64,000 nt of DNA from Nitrospirota bacterium. Lineage in GTDB: Bacteria; Nitrospirota; UBA9217. The position numbers were made by a program, and so were the translations under genes. Location: positions 64,001 through 128,000 of the forward strand of contig CAVUHW010000022.1 of NCBI GenBank assembly GCA_963741205.1, written 5' to 3'. Below the pieces are notes generated by a model. The model did not search any database, had not been told where the DNA came from, and saw only the letters and a list, made by a program, of their open reading frames with translations. Below are positions 9,118 to 20,379 of this stretch, piece after piece. Positions within the stretch are counted from its first letter, which is position 1. Each line of letters begins with the position of its first letter.

Positions 9118-12100
9118 TCACTTTTCTCCCGGCTCCTTCGAAAAGAGCTCCACCGGCGCTTTGATGATGTTCGTGAAAATTTGTAGTATCCGCGATCCGA
9201 CCGCCTTGGGCGAGAGCACGGTGACGTCGGGATTCGTGAAATCGCCGGACACGCGGGTCGGGATCGTGATGAGCGTGCCCCCCATGATCGTGTTGACGAT
9301 AGGCGTGTGCCTGATGAGCCAGTTGATTGATGAGAAAGGCGCCACGAGCACGACCATGTCGATCGTCTGCTTTCCCAGATCGACCTCTCCCTCCGCAATG
9401 ATGTCCAGCGATTTCCCGCCGATGTAGCATTTTTCGATCGTGAATACGCCCTGATGAATGTCCCCCCGCAGGGCCATGGAATTGTAGGGGAAGCCGTCGC
9501 CCCCGATCTCCGGGGCCCGTCCGCGGAAGACCTCGAATACGCTCAGGATGGACAGTACGTTCGCGAGCGTCGGGAATTGATAGATCTTTCCCTTCTTCGC
9601 CTTGAAATCCACGCGGCCCTCGAGGGCCGAGAGCATATCCGTGCCCGTACCGTGGGACTGAATTTTCGCAGTCAGGTCATAGTCGCCGGTTATGTGCAGC
9701 TCCTTGCCGGTCAGGCAGTCGATGGTATGCTCCAGGGGCTCGGCCTTTGCCGACGGCGTAAAGGTGAACGACGTGCTTTCCCCGGACACGAGGACCGAGC
9801 CTGCCAGGGTAACTCCGCACGTTTTGGTGTTGTTGAACTCCAGGACTACCGTGCCCGGCTCCACGCTCACGACTGCATGCGCGGGCGCCAGGGTATAGCG
9901 TCCGTATTTGACGTACGCCGAGTCGGCGCTGAAGTCGCCCCGGATGGGCGGCAGGGGAAAGGACCTCGCCTTCTGCTCCTGCTTTCAGCTCTGGCTTCTG
10001 CTTGGGCGGTGCCTGGTCTGACGCGGGCGGCTTTGTTCCCGTTTGACTGCGCCAGGGCCTGCTGGATCGTATCGATATCAATCCCATCGGCAGTGAGCTT
10101 CATGCCGAAGGAAAGCCCCTTGTCCGATGTGGTTACGGCCCCGCTCAGGGAGTAATGGTTCTTTCCCCACGTCACGTCAGCGGATTCCACGGTGAGCACG
10201 TCGTCCTCGGCCTTGAAAGCGAACTTGTTCACCGTGGTCGGAATCGGCATGCCCCAGGGAACGAACAAATCGCTGCCCGTAAGGCTTCCCTGCATCCGCG
10301 ACTTGAGCGGCATATCAGTGCGGACCAGGGAATGGAGCTCGCCCCGCATGGTTCCCCTCCCGAAGGTCCCCTGCTCGAATAGCCTGCTCAAGGTGGACTC
10401 CGCGAGAAGACCGGAGAAGGAGAAGTCAGCCGCCTGCTTCTGCCAGTTGAGGGTGAACGCGGCGTCGGTCTCCTGGTCCCTGATCGAGAACTTGCGGACC
10501 TCCAGGTCCGCGCCCTGTTGGGAGAGGTCTACGAAGAACTTCAGCCCGCCCGCCACGGACGCTGTCCCGGAAAACGAGGCGCCCCTGTTTCGCTCCCAGA
10601 CCAGATGGGCGTCGGAAAGGGCAAGCGGGGTCTTGACCATGAGCTCGGGAGGCAGTTTGAGGTTGTTAAAAGCCCAGTCCACGGTTTTTTTGCCTGAGCT
10701 GCCGTCGAGCGTCACGTCCACGGTGCTCACGGTCGTGGTGATGCCGCTCACCACCGCAGTGCCGGTGATGGTCGAGTCGAGGATCGTGGCTTCCTTCAGG
10801 CTGCAGGAGAGTTTATCCGGAACATACCTGAACGTTCCTTTGACGAGGCCGAGCGGGCCGGGCAGGATGGGCGCCTGAAAAAAAATATGATCAAACTCGC
10901 CGGCGGCAAGAACTTTCCATGTCATGGGCCGGTACAGCCGGCCGTTGATCTTGAGCGCAGTCAGGCTGAATTTTCCGGCCAGGGTGTCAACTCCCTGCAG
11001 GATGTGCTCTAATGCCGGATGCCACGTGCGCCAGCCGAAGACCTCGGTGATATCGATCGCTGCGTTGCCGCTTCGGAGTTCGAGCACGGGATCGTCCCGG
11101 CCGGTGAGGAGCGCGGACACATGGGACAGGGAAGACGATCCCATGCGGGCCGAAAAATCTGTTATTTCTACCAGATTATCCTCGACGGCAAACGAGGAAT
11201 TGACCAACACGGGGACGGGAAGCCGCGGGGACTCCAGTTCGATTCGGCGGGCTTCGCCGGTCAGCCGCATGCGCAATTTTTCGGGCTGGGAGAGCAGCCC
11301 CTGTCCCTTCATGGACGTGATGACGAGCGTGCCCTTTAATGACGACAGCTCCTTCATGAAGGGGATCAGGCTCTCCGATGACTTCAGCCACTCATAGATT
11401 TCCTGCAGCGCGAACTCGGCCCTGCCGGAGCGTATTTCAATGCGCGGATCGCGGTCCCAGGTCAGGAGCGCTGAATAGTCCGTGAGTGAAGAATGGCCCA
11501 GTGCAAGGGTCAAGTCCCGGATCTCCGTCTGGGCTTCGGTAAAGGAGTACGTTCCGCTCAGGGTGAAATCTCCCCACTGGTCCGTACCGGCCTTGACCAG
11601 GAAGTGTATGTCGCCGGGCGGGGCGTTGAAATGGACGGTCACCTTCTTGAGGGACAGAAAATCCCGGTGGTTTTTCCTCAAGAGGAATTTCCCGTTGTCC
11701 ATCTCGACCACGAGCCCCGGCCCGATCATCTGCAGATAGCCAAGTACTGACCGGATGTCCTCTTTCGCTTCCTCCAGGGTCGGGGCCTCTGATGTCGTGT
11801 CCGTTTTCGCGGTAGGTACGGCGATCCTGAAATCGGGCTCCTGTATCCGAATCTTTGAAAACTGCACGCGGCCCTTGAAAAGGGGAAGGATCTGCGGTGC
11901 AATGCTGAGGGACCGGAGCGTGCCTTTGAACGTGCGGGGATACGCCAGGCTGAGCCCTTCGAGGGTCACTTGCGGCCGGGGGAACAGGGAAATGTCGATC
12001 TTTTCGTAAGAAACTTTTCCACTGAGTTTCTCCTTCACAGCGGCCTGTATCTTGTTTTTTACTCCCGCGGAGCTCAGGTAGATCGGGACAACGACGGTCA

Positions 12101-12173
12101 CGGCGAATATCAGGATCGCAAGAAAACCGGCAACTACCGTGAACCAGAAATGTTTTCGTTTGAGATTTAGCAT
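9118..12173 (-). CDS. AsmA-like / YhdP-type large beta-rich envelope protein (frameshift ~9970-10030)
   Basis: N-terminal TM anchor; C-terminal AsmA_2-like region (GEVDL..QTIDMVVLVAP..RVSGDFTNP) in ORF 9118..9870. Confidence 0.75.
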
Positions 12174-12729
12174 GTGTTTCCCTTCTTAAGTCTTAGATTA
12201 TACGCATTAGGGTCCTGCTCGGCAAATGAATCTTTACAGGACCTCATAGGGTCACCTGGGCTAGAGGGCCAAGAAAGACTCAAAGCCCGATAAGCATCCG
12301 GAAGGGGTGGAAGTAGATGAGGCGGGTGAATGGGCTAGAGTACTCGGGGAGATCTGTCGACTTGCCTTTTTTTAACGAGATCGCAAAGTTTCATGATGAA
12401 TACGTTTACGTACATGTTGCAGCCCATATGCTTTGCCATTGTCATCATATTGGCAATGCAGACTTGTAGATAGATTCTGCAAATTCCAATAATTGAAACT
12501 CCTGCGAAGTACAGGTGGGATTCTGCATCTACTATTTATCAGTCGCCGTTCCAAGCTTGTAGATTATTCGATGATCTGTCTTTACAAAAACCAATCTGTT
12601 CTCCGATTTTTTCCACTTATCTTGCTGATCAATTTGTAAGTATAGAATACCGATAACATTACAGGTTTTTTCTGCTAGGCTTGCCAATACATTAAAGATT
12701 ATGAGTAAAGTAAATACAGTTCGGAAGCG

Positions 12730-12875
12730 TGATTGACAAGCTCGTTATTTCACAACCGAGAGAGGCGATTCCCCCATCGATGAATTCCTTGATGGGCTGG
12801 ACATGAAGTCGCGGGCGAAGGTGGCTGTGCATTTATCGCTTCTCGGGGTTACGATTGCGTTCGTTGCTGCGTAAA
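12730..12875 (+). pseudogene. RelE/HigB (Gp49-like) toxin N-terminal remnant
   Basis: Manual translation YFTTERGDSPIDEFLDGLDMKSRAKVAVHLSLL, then truncation; no antitoxin. Confidence 0.55.
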
Positions 12876-12955
12876 TACCCCTCCGATGGTTTCATAATGG
12901 CTGTTCCCGCAAAAAAAAGTATACAAGCGAACCCGGTTTTATTATAATTGCACCT

Positions 12956-13891
12956 ATGCTCAATGCCGCGTACGCGCGATCATTAAAATATTTCCTGTTC
13001 ATCTGCCTTCTCGGGATGCTCGCCCTTTTCCCCAAGACTGCCTCTGCCACGCCGGATTACGCACGCCAGACCGGATTTGATTGCAGGAGGTGCCATGTCG
13101 ATGTGATCGGCGGCGGAGCGCTCACCGAGAGCGGGAAACAGTTTCTCGAACAAATTAAATCCCAAGGGCTTTACCGGCCGCTCACCATGGCCCAGCACAT
13201 CGTCCGCCTTATCATCGGCTATCTCCACATGTTAGCCGCCATTGTATGGTTCGGAACGATCATGTACGTTCATGTTCTGCTGAAGCCCGCATACGCCTCG
13301 AAGGGCCTGCCCAAGGGAGAACTGAGGCTTGGCTGGCTGTCGATGATTGTGCTCCTGATAACCGGAACGCTCCTTACCATTGCCAGGATTCCGTCGTGGG
13401 AGGCGTTCTTCACCACGCGGTTCGGCGTGCTCCTGGGCATCAAAATAGTCCTTTTCATGATCATGCTTTCGAGCGCCGTCCTGGTGACCATCTATATTGG
13501 CCCAAAATTGAGGAAACAGAAGTCCCTGGCGCCCGCGATGGATAACGGCGTCTGCACGCCCGACGGCCTCTGCCAGTTTGACGGAAAAGAGGGAAGGCCT
13601 GCTTACGTCGCCTACAAGGGGATCATCTACGATGTCACGAAGAGCAGGCTCTGGAAAAACGGCTCCCATGTGACCAAACATGGGGCAGGGAACGATCTGA
13701 CGGAGCTCCTCGCTACCGCGCCCCACGGCGAGGACAAGATCCTCGCCATGCCGCAGGTGGGAAAACTGCTCGCATCCGGCGAACAGCTGAAACAACCCTT
13801 TCACATAAAGCTCTTCTATTTCTTCGCATACATGAACCTCGTTCTCGTCTTCGTTATCACCTTCGTCATCGCCTTCTGGCGATGGTGGTAG
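12956..13891 (+). CDS. Membrane protein: heme-c motif + CopD-like helices + cytochrome b5-like domain
   Basis: Signal peptide; YARQTGFDCRRCH; HMLAAIVWFG and FGVLLGIKIVL (CopD-like); FDGKEGRPAYVAYKGIIYDVT..W..G.H..HGAGNDLT..APHG (b5-like). Confidence 0.8.
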   Translation: MLNAAYARSLKYFLFICLLGMLALFPKTASATPDYARQTGFDCRRCHVDVIGGGALTESGKQFLEQIKSQGLYRPLTMAQHIVRLIIGYLHMLAAIVWFGTIMYVHVLLKPAYASKGLPKGELRLGWLSMIVLLITGTLLTIARIPSWEAFFTTRFGVLLGIKIVLFMIMLSSAVLVTIYIGPKLRKQKSLAPAMDNGVCTPDGLCQFDGKEGRPAYVAYKGIIYDVTKSRLWKNGSHVTKHGAGNDLTELLATAPHGEDKILAMPQVGKLLASGEQLKQPFHIKLFYFFAYMNLVLVFVITFVIAFWRWW

Positions 13892-14084
13892 GTTGATCCC
13901 TCCTCAATCCTTCCGCGAACTCGTGAAGTGCTCGTTGCGTTCGTGTGTCCGGATGCGGGACAGGACCCTCGAACCAAGGTAAGGTGCGAGCTATGCCTAT
14001 GCTATACTATTACCTTGAAGTCTTATGCAATTCGCCGTAAACGTCAGGCGGCATTCGGCTTCAAACCATTGAAGGAGGTGCGGA

Positions 14085-14788
14085 ATGACAAAAAAAACGG
14101 CATTCTGGATTTTTTTCTGGGGCACGGTCTCATCGGCCGTCATTTTTCTGTGGCTCACCTGGGACACCCACCGCCAGGTCGAGGCGCTGTCACACGTGGA
14201 CAAGCTCTCTGACACGGTCGTTGACGGGAAGCGGACGTTCGAGAAGTACAACTGCAACGATTGCCATACGATCCTCGGCTTCGGCGCGTACTACGCGCCT
14301 GATCTCACCAAGGTGGTCCAGCGCGTCGGGGAGGACGGCATCCGGTTTCGAATTAAGAACCCGGAGAAGGCCCTTGCCGCCTCCTGGCGCAAGATGCCGA
14401 ACCAGAATGTATCGGACGCCGAGATCGACAATCTCATCGCATTCTTCACTTGGGTCGGGAACGTCGAGAACGGTGACTGGCCCCCGCAGGACAGCAAGAA
14501 GCGCCTCTCCCGCAGCGAGGAGAGAATGGTTGCGGGAGCGGGCGCATCCCCGGGCGCGGCGGTGTTTCAGACCCGGGGCTGCATGAACTGCCATTCGCTG
14601 CACGGCACGGGCGGGACCTTCGGTCCGGCCCTTGATACGATCGGCCGGAAGCTCGAGTCATGGAGCAGATAGAGCATTACATCAAAAATCCCAAGTCAGT
14701 AAATCCCAAAGCTATGATGCCGGCCCAGACAACTCTCTCGGAAAAAGAGCTTGAAGAAGTCGCCGGGTTCCTGGCGAAATTACAATAG
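14085..14788 (+). CDS. norC: Nitric oxide reductase cytochrome c subunit, diheme (frameshift ~14660)
   Basis: N-terminal TM, CNDCHTILGFGAYYAPDLT, second CMNCH; directly upstream of norB. Confidence 0.85.
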
Positions 14789-14797
14789 GAGGAAACG

Positions 14798-16131
14798 ATG
14801 GAATACCGCTCACAAAAAATAGCGTACTGGTATTTTGTTGTTGCCCTGCTCCTGTTCGCGCTCCAGGTTGTCATGGGGCTCTGGCTTGCATTCAGCTACA
14901 GCTTCACCGTGCCGCAGAAGCATCGTGGACGTATTCCCCTTTGCAACAGCACGCGCCATGCATACGAACCTGCTCGTGCTCTGGATGCTGCTCGGGTTCA
15001 TGGGGGGAACGTACTACATCGTACCGGAGGAAACAAAGAGCGAGATCTATTCAGCGAAGCTCGCCTGGTTCCAGCTCATCGCCTGGTCACTACAGGGGTC
15101 GTCGCTCTCGTGGGATTCATCTTTGGCTGGACACAGGGCAGTCCGCTCCTGGAGATACCGACTACCCTCGACTTCGTCGTGGTTGCGGGCGCACTCGTAT
15201 TTCTGTTCAATGTCGGGATGACCATGTACATGGCCAAGCGCTGGACCGTGATCCAGGGCACGCTTCTCGGCGGGCTGCTCTTTCTTGCGCTCCTGTACCT
15301 CTTCGGAATACCCTTTTACCGGAACGAGGTGATCGACTGGTATTACTGGTGGTGGGTCATCCATCTCTGGGTGGAAGGGGCGTGGGAGCTCGTGACCGCC
15401 TCTATTTTCGCGTTCGTACTGATGAAGCTCACCGGCGTTGACCGTCAGGTGGTGGAGAAATGGCTCTATGTGGAGATAGGTCTCTTCCTCTTTACCGGAA
15501 TCGTCGGCACGGGCCATCACTACTATTGGATCGGCGCTCCACGGTACTGGCTCTGGTTCGGCGGGATCTTTTCGGCCCTTGAACCGCTACCGATCCTGCT
15601 CATGCTCATCGATACCATGAACCATGTCAAGCAACGGAAAACGGAAGATAATCAATCCGCTCACCTGGACCATCGCCGTCGGCTGCGCGGCGATGCATAT
15701 GATCGGCGCCGGGGTATGGGGTTTCATGCACACGCTCCCTCAGATCAACTACTATACCCACGGATCGCAGGTTACGGTGTCGCACGGGCACCTCGCGTTT
15801 TTCGGGGCCTATGCGCTCCTCAACATCATGGTCTTCTACTACGCCATGCCGAAGATCAAGGGGATCGAGGTGTACGATGCCGTCGCGCGGCAAGGCGGCG
15901 TTCTGGACCATGTCCACCGCCATGATGCTCATGGGGTTATCCTTCGGCATAGCCGGCGTGGTGCAGTCCTACCTCGAACGGGTGCTCGGCATGGGGTACA
16001 TGGCGGCCCAGTCCTACATGCGTCTATGGATGGGCGTCACGTTCTTTTTGGGGATATGCTTTTTCATCGGGGTTCTCATCCTGGTCACGGATCTGCTGTT
16101 TCTGCGGCCAGCGCGGAAAGCGGCGGGATAA
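14798..16131 (+). CDS. norB: Nitric oxide reductase large subunit, cNOR (about 4 frameshifts)
   Basis: ARAMHTNL, WWWVIHLWVEG, GTGHHYYW, EPLP, HGHLAFFGAY spread over three frames. Confidence 0.9.
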
Positions 16132-16262
16132 CGGTTGCGTCAAGCGGACCACGGTGGCAGCTTTTGACCATCGGAGTATGACTGAAGAGGGGATGCCACG
16201 GAATTCGAAGTGCCCACAGCGGGAGGAAACAGCGATCCGTGAGCGCTCGACGAATGATCTGG

Positions 16263-17537
16263 TCAGTGCACGGAACAGGAGATGCACGGATCGTAGGACC
16301 GGACCAGCATCTGGGCAAGGAGCTCGATGTCCCCATCGGCCGAACCGCTGGATGCGTACTGCGCCGCAAGTTCTTCGAGGTCGTGCTGGATGTTGGCGTG
16401 GTTTTGGCTCGTGGGAATCACGCAGTCACACCGGATTATCCTGCCCTCATCGTCGAACTCGTAACAGTGATAGAGAATTCCGCGGGGCGCTTCCACCGCG
16501 CCGACACCCACTCCGTACTTTGGATGAACGGCCTGACGCGGTTCCTGCCATGGCGAGCCCATGAGCTCATCGATAAGACTGATTGCCTCGCTGACAACCT
16601 GAACGCATTCCACGAGCTGGCCGATATTGTTCATAAAGGGGTTATGATTCACCGGCTTGAGCCCGAAGGAGACGGCTATTTCTTTTGCATCGGGACAAAG
16701 AAATTCGAAATTGTTGTTTAAGCGGGCGAGCGCGCCCACGGCAAAGGACCCCCGAGAGAGCCGGCTCCACTTCGATGTGGACTGCTCCACCAGATATTCA
16801 TTTGTCATCGAGCGGTATTCGCTTTCTCTCCTGATGACGCCGTCCGTTGATATCAAATCTCCTCCGATGAACGGATAATTCCCCTCTCCCTTCAAAGACA
16901 CAAACTCGGTTTCCCGGACGAAGTCCGGTATCGCAAAGCTCCGAAACAGCTCTGCGGTTCGCAGGAGGTCCTCCCGCGAATCATGAAGCCTCATCTTGAA
17001 ATGGAAGAGCTCTTTCTTCCCGGGCAGCATGGTGAAACCGCCAGCGACAACCCTCGTGGGATGCAAACGGCGGCCGCCGACGCAGTCACAGAGGTCATTG
17101 GCGAGCAGCTTTATTCTCGCGGCCCGCTGCACGACATCGGGATGGGAATTAATGAGCGGAAACACGCTTCCGACGTTCAGAAAGTCGGGGGCGACGAGAA
17201 AATAAAGGTGGAGGACGTGGCTCTGAAGCGTCTCCATGTGTTTGAGGAGCAGTCGCAATTTCCGGGTCTGGTCGGTCGGGACGATCCCAAAGGCGTTCTC
17301 CACGGCCCGGATGCTTGCCAGGGTATGGCTGATGGAGCAGATGCCGCAGATGCGGGAGCTGATCCAGGGGGCGTTTTCCCACTTCTTTCCGACGAGCATC
17401 GCCTCGAAGAGGCGCGGCGTTTCCACCACGTTCCACCGCGCTTCTTCAAGCTTACCGTCCCGGATTCTTATCTTGATGTCGCCGTGGCCCTCGACCCGGG
17501 TGACATGATGGATGTCAATATTGCAGTTAACCTTCAT
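16263..17537 (-). CDS. hydA: Group 3b [NiFe] hydrogenase large (alpha) subunit
   Basis: TRVEGHG, RICGICSISH (L1), EAPRG, YDPCISCSVH (L2). Confidence 0.93.
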   Translation of the reverse strand: MKVNCNIDIHHVTRVEGHGDIKIRIRDGKLEEARWNVVETPRLFEAMLVGKKWENAPWISSRICGICSISHTLASIRAVENAFGIVPTDQTRKLRLLLKHMETLQSHVLHLYFLVAPDFLNVGSVFPLINSHPDVVQRAARIKLLANDLCDCVGGRRLHPTRVVAGGFTMLPGKKELFHFKMRLHDSREDLLRTAELFRSFAIPDFVRETEFVSLKGEGNYPFIGGDLISTDGVIRRESEYRSMTNEYLVEQSTSKWSRLSRGSFAVGALARLNNNFEFLCPDAKEIAVSFGLKPVNHNPFMNNIGQLVECVQVVSEAISLIDELMGSPWQEPRQAVHPKYGVGVGAVEAPRGILYHCYEFDDEGRIIRCDCVIPTSQNHANIQHDLEELAAQYASSGSADGDIELLAQMLVRSYDPCISCSVH

Positions 17538-17608
17538 TCGAAATCCTCACCGGACAGGATTACAGAATAACATCTGATAAAGTCCTATCCCGTAAATTCC
17601 GTATCTTG

Positions 17609-18430
17609 TCAAAGATTGGACCTTTCTGAGATTTTCTTTCGCAGTATTTCCGCATGGGCTTTGAACCCCCCGAAACATTCGAGACGGTCCAGGATTGTTT
17701 CCTCGGGAAAACCATGCTCTTTCATAATCTTCTTCATCTGCTCCACGTTGGCGTCGTCGGAAGGACCGCGGCAGCCCCAGCACCCGGCGCGGTTGCTCGG
17801 GCACCAGGAGTCGCAGCCGCCTCTTGTGATCGGTCCCAGGCAGGGCTCTCCAAGGTCGAAGAGGCAGATGTTTTGGTTCGCGGTGCATTCCATGCAAACG
17901 CAATACTTCGGGTGGACTACCGCCTTCCCGATGACGATGTTCGTAATGATCTTTTCGACCTCCTCCTTCCTGACCGGACAGCCGTAAATTTTAAGATCGA
18001 CGGCCACGAAGTCTTCAATCGGTCTTGCCGCGTCATTCGTGTCTATCCCGCCCGTTCCATACACCTGTTTTTTTACCCAGGCCGGATCATTAAACCGGTT
18101 TTTGAGCTGGTTCACGCCGCCGAAGCAGGCGCAGGAGCCGAAGGCCACAAGCACCTTTGCGTTCTTCCGGATCGTGGTTAGGCGCTCGATTTCATCGGCG
18201 CGGGTAACGCTCCCTTCGACGAAGGCGATATCATAGTTGTCGCTTCTTTCGGCCATGGCCTCGCGAAAATTCACGACCTTCACCAGGGAGAGAAAATCCA
18301 GGAGCGACGTTTCGTTGTTCACGATCTGCAGCTGGCACCCCTCGCAGGAGGTGAGCTCGAAGAAGGCGACGCCCGGACGCTCAACCGGAACGCCGAGATA
18401 GGTGCGGGTCTGCTGTTTCTGTTCGTCCAT
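17609..18430 (-). CDS. hydD: Group 3b hydrogenase small (delta) subunit
   Basis: TSCEGCQ, FGSCACFGG, IYGCP, VCMEC..CLGPIT..GC..CP..CWGCRG; ATG overlaps the upstream TGA. Confidence 0.9.
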   Translation of the reverse strand: MDEQKQQTRTYLGVPVERPGVAFFELTSCEGCQLQIVNNETSLLDFLSLVKVVNFREAMAERSDNYDIAFVEGSVTRADEIERLTTIRKNAKVLVAFGSCACFGGVNQLKNRFNDPAWVKKQVYGTGGIDTNDAARPIEDFVAVDLKIYGCPVRKEEVEKIITNIVIGKAVVHPKYCVCMECTANQNICLFDLGEPCLGPITRGGCDSWCPSNRAGCWGCRGPSDDANVEQMKKIMKEHGFPEETILDRLECFGGFKAHAEILRKKISERSNL

Positions 18431-19335
18431 CAGATAGCCTCTTTCAGGTTCATCACGGTCCAGTAGTCGAATACCGGTCCGGACAGGCATATGTACGTGG
18501 AGCCCACGTTGCAGCGGCAGCACTTTCCCATGCCGCAGTGCATGCGCCGTTCCAGGGAGACATACATCTTCTGCATGGGAATGCCGATCTCGCTCAGCAT
18601 ATTGCAGACGGATTTGAACATGACCGGCGGACCGCAGACAACGGCGTAGGTGTTCCTTGCGAACGTTTTGTCGCTTTCCAACGCCATCTGCTCAAGGACC
18701 TTCGTGGTAAGGCCCACGGGCCCTTTCCACGCGTGATCGGCCTTCTCAACGATGACGGCCAGTTCGATATCGTCCTTTCGCCAGGCGTCGTATTGGTAGG
18801 TGAACAGAAGCTGCGACGGCTCCTTCGTCCCATAGATGATATTCACGTTCTCAAAAAGGTTGCGGTTTTCCTGCACATAGGCGATCGGCGAGCGCAGCGA
18901 TGCAAGGCCGAGCCCGCCAGCGATCAGGAGAATGTTCTGGCCATGCATCTCATCCATGGGGAAGCTGGTGCCGAAGGGGCCCCGAATCCCCACGCGCACG
19001 CCGCGGCCGGCTCTGGACAAAAAGTTGGTGAGGTTGCCGACTTTGCGAATGCAGAGTTCCACGTCCCCGTGGCTGCTCGGCGAGGAGGAGATGCCGAAGG
19101 GCGCTTCGCCGATGCCCGGCAGCTCCAGCATCAGGAACTGGCCGGGTTTGAAGGCGAACCGCTTCCTTTCTTCCTCATTGATGATGCGTATCCGGTAGAG
19201 GTTCTCCATGGCGGTAAGCCGGTGTACGCTCGTAATCTCCGCCTTGAAGGAATGCTCAAACGTGGAAAGATCGTTTCTGCGATAGTATGCGGAAGAGTTC
19301 GAGACCACATTGGTGAATTTCAGCCGGGTATCCAC
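18430..19335 (-). CDS. hydG: Group 3b hydrogenase gamma subunit (FAD/NAD(P)-binding, 2Fe-2S)
   Basis: FKPGQF, GEAPFGISS, RGPFG, AGGLG, CGPPVM, RMHCGMGKCCRC. Confidence 0.9.
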   Translation of the reverse strand: MDTRLKFTNVVSNSSAYYRRNDLSTFEHSFKAEITSVHRLTAMENLYRIRIINEEERKRFAFKPGQFLMLELPGIGEAPFGISSSPSSHGDVELCIRKVGNLTNFLSRAGRGVRVGIRGPFGTSFPMDEMHGQNILLIAGGLGLASLRSPIAYVQENRNLFENVNIIYGTKEPSQLLFTYQYDAWRKDDIELAVIVEKADHAWKGPVGLTTKVLEQMALESDKTFARNTYAVVCGPPVMFKSVCNMLSEIGIPMQKMYVSLERRMHCGMGKCCRCNVGSTYICLSGPVFDYWTVMNLKEAI

Positions 19336-20379
19336 TTAACCCCCCTCTCCGCGAACGCTGGCGATGACTCGCGGAACGGTAATTTTCGCCAGGCAAGCCT
19401 CGCCGCAGCGGCCGCAGCCCACGCAAAGCGACTCCTCGTACGCCTCCACAAAGCCGCGGTGTTTATGATAGTAGCGGTATTTGAGCCGGGAAGACCTCTC
19501 AGGCCTGAAATTGCGGCCGCCGGCGACCTCTGCAAAATCAATGACCGTGCAAGCATAAAGGGTCTTGATCTTCCGGGCGCTCTTGAGGTCGACGTCCACG
19601 GTCTCTTCCACACCGTAACAGTAACAGGTCGGGCAAACGTTCGCGCACGCGCCGCAGCCGAGGCACTTGTCGCCCCACTCTTTCCAGACCGGGGACTGAA
19701 ACTCCATGTCGAGGATCTTCGTCAGGTCCGTCGTGTCAACCTGCGCCTTGAACATTCCGTTCTTCTCCGCAACGACCTTCATATACTGCATGTGGTCGGC
19801 CTCTTCCGGCGCGCGCGTCGCAACGCTTCGGAGAATATCGTAGGCCGCCGCGGAGAGGATTTCAATGAAGTATCGGCCGCCGATGTCGGTGAGGAACATA
19901 TCGAAACCGTGGAGCGCGGTGTCAGTTCCCATGGAACGGCAGAAGCAGAAGGGCTGGGGCCGGCAGTCGATGCCGATGATAAACGTGTTCCTGCGCTTTG
20001 CCGCGTAATAGGGCATGGGGTAGACATTACCCATCAATACCTTATCAAGCCTGTTCAGCGCGTTGATATCGCAGGCATGGAGACCGAAGAGCACCAAAGG
20101 GCTGTCGCAGTTGTAATCTACGGTCTTGCGCCAGTCGGCGCCGTCGATCTGAAAGGTCGCGAGGTTCTCTTTGAAAGGAAGAAAATACCTCTTCGCGGAG
20201 TGTCTGGTCGTCGTGAAGTCGAGCCGAAGGTTTTCGAATTCAGAAACCGGTTCAAAGGCATAGAGCGGCTTCCCGCTGCGGTCAATGCCGGTTTCAACAG
20301 GTCCAACGACCGCATTTTCCGCAGCGAGGCGGCAGAAGAGCTTCTTTAGCTCTTCATGTGCCAGGACCCTGAATAGCAT
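19336..20379 (-). CDS. hydB: Group 3b hydrogenase beta subunit (4Fe-4S)
   Basis: GLHACD, CLGCGACANVCPTCYC, CVGCGRCGEAC; start at 20379 after AGAGG. Confidence 0.9.
   Translation of the reverse strand: MLFRVLAHEELKKLFCRLAAENAVVGPVETGIDRSGKPLYAFEPVSEFENLRLDFTTTRHSAKRYFLPFKENLATFQIDGADWRKTVDYNCDSPLVLFGLHACDINALNRLDKVLMGNVYPMPYYAAKRRNTFIIGIDCRPQPFCFCRSMGTDTALHGFDMFLTDIGGRYFIEILSAAAYDILRSVATRAPEEADHMQYMKVVAEKNGMFKAQVDTTDLTKILDMEFQSPVWKEWGDKCLGCGACANVCPTCYCYGVEETVDVDLKSARKIKTLYACTVIDFAEVAGGRNFRPERSSRLKYRYYHKHRGFVEAYEESLCVGCGRCGEACLAKITVPRVIASVRGEGG

Noticed and set aside
13894-13908. FNR/DNR-like site before norC (TTGAT-CCCTC-CTCAA)
   Set aside because: Spacing is N5 rather than N4 and the right half-site mismatches.
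18538-20349. Long antisense ORFs (also 52519..54147, 23607..24845, 48118..49329, 49700..50977)
   Set aside because: Shadow ORFs opposite well-supported genes, as expected from high-GC codon bias.
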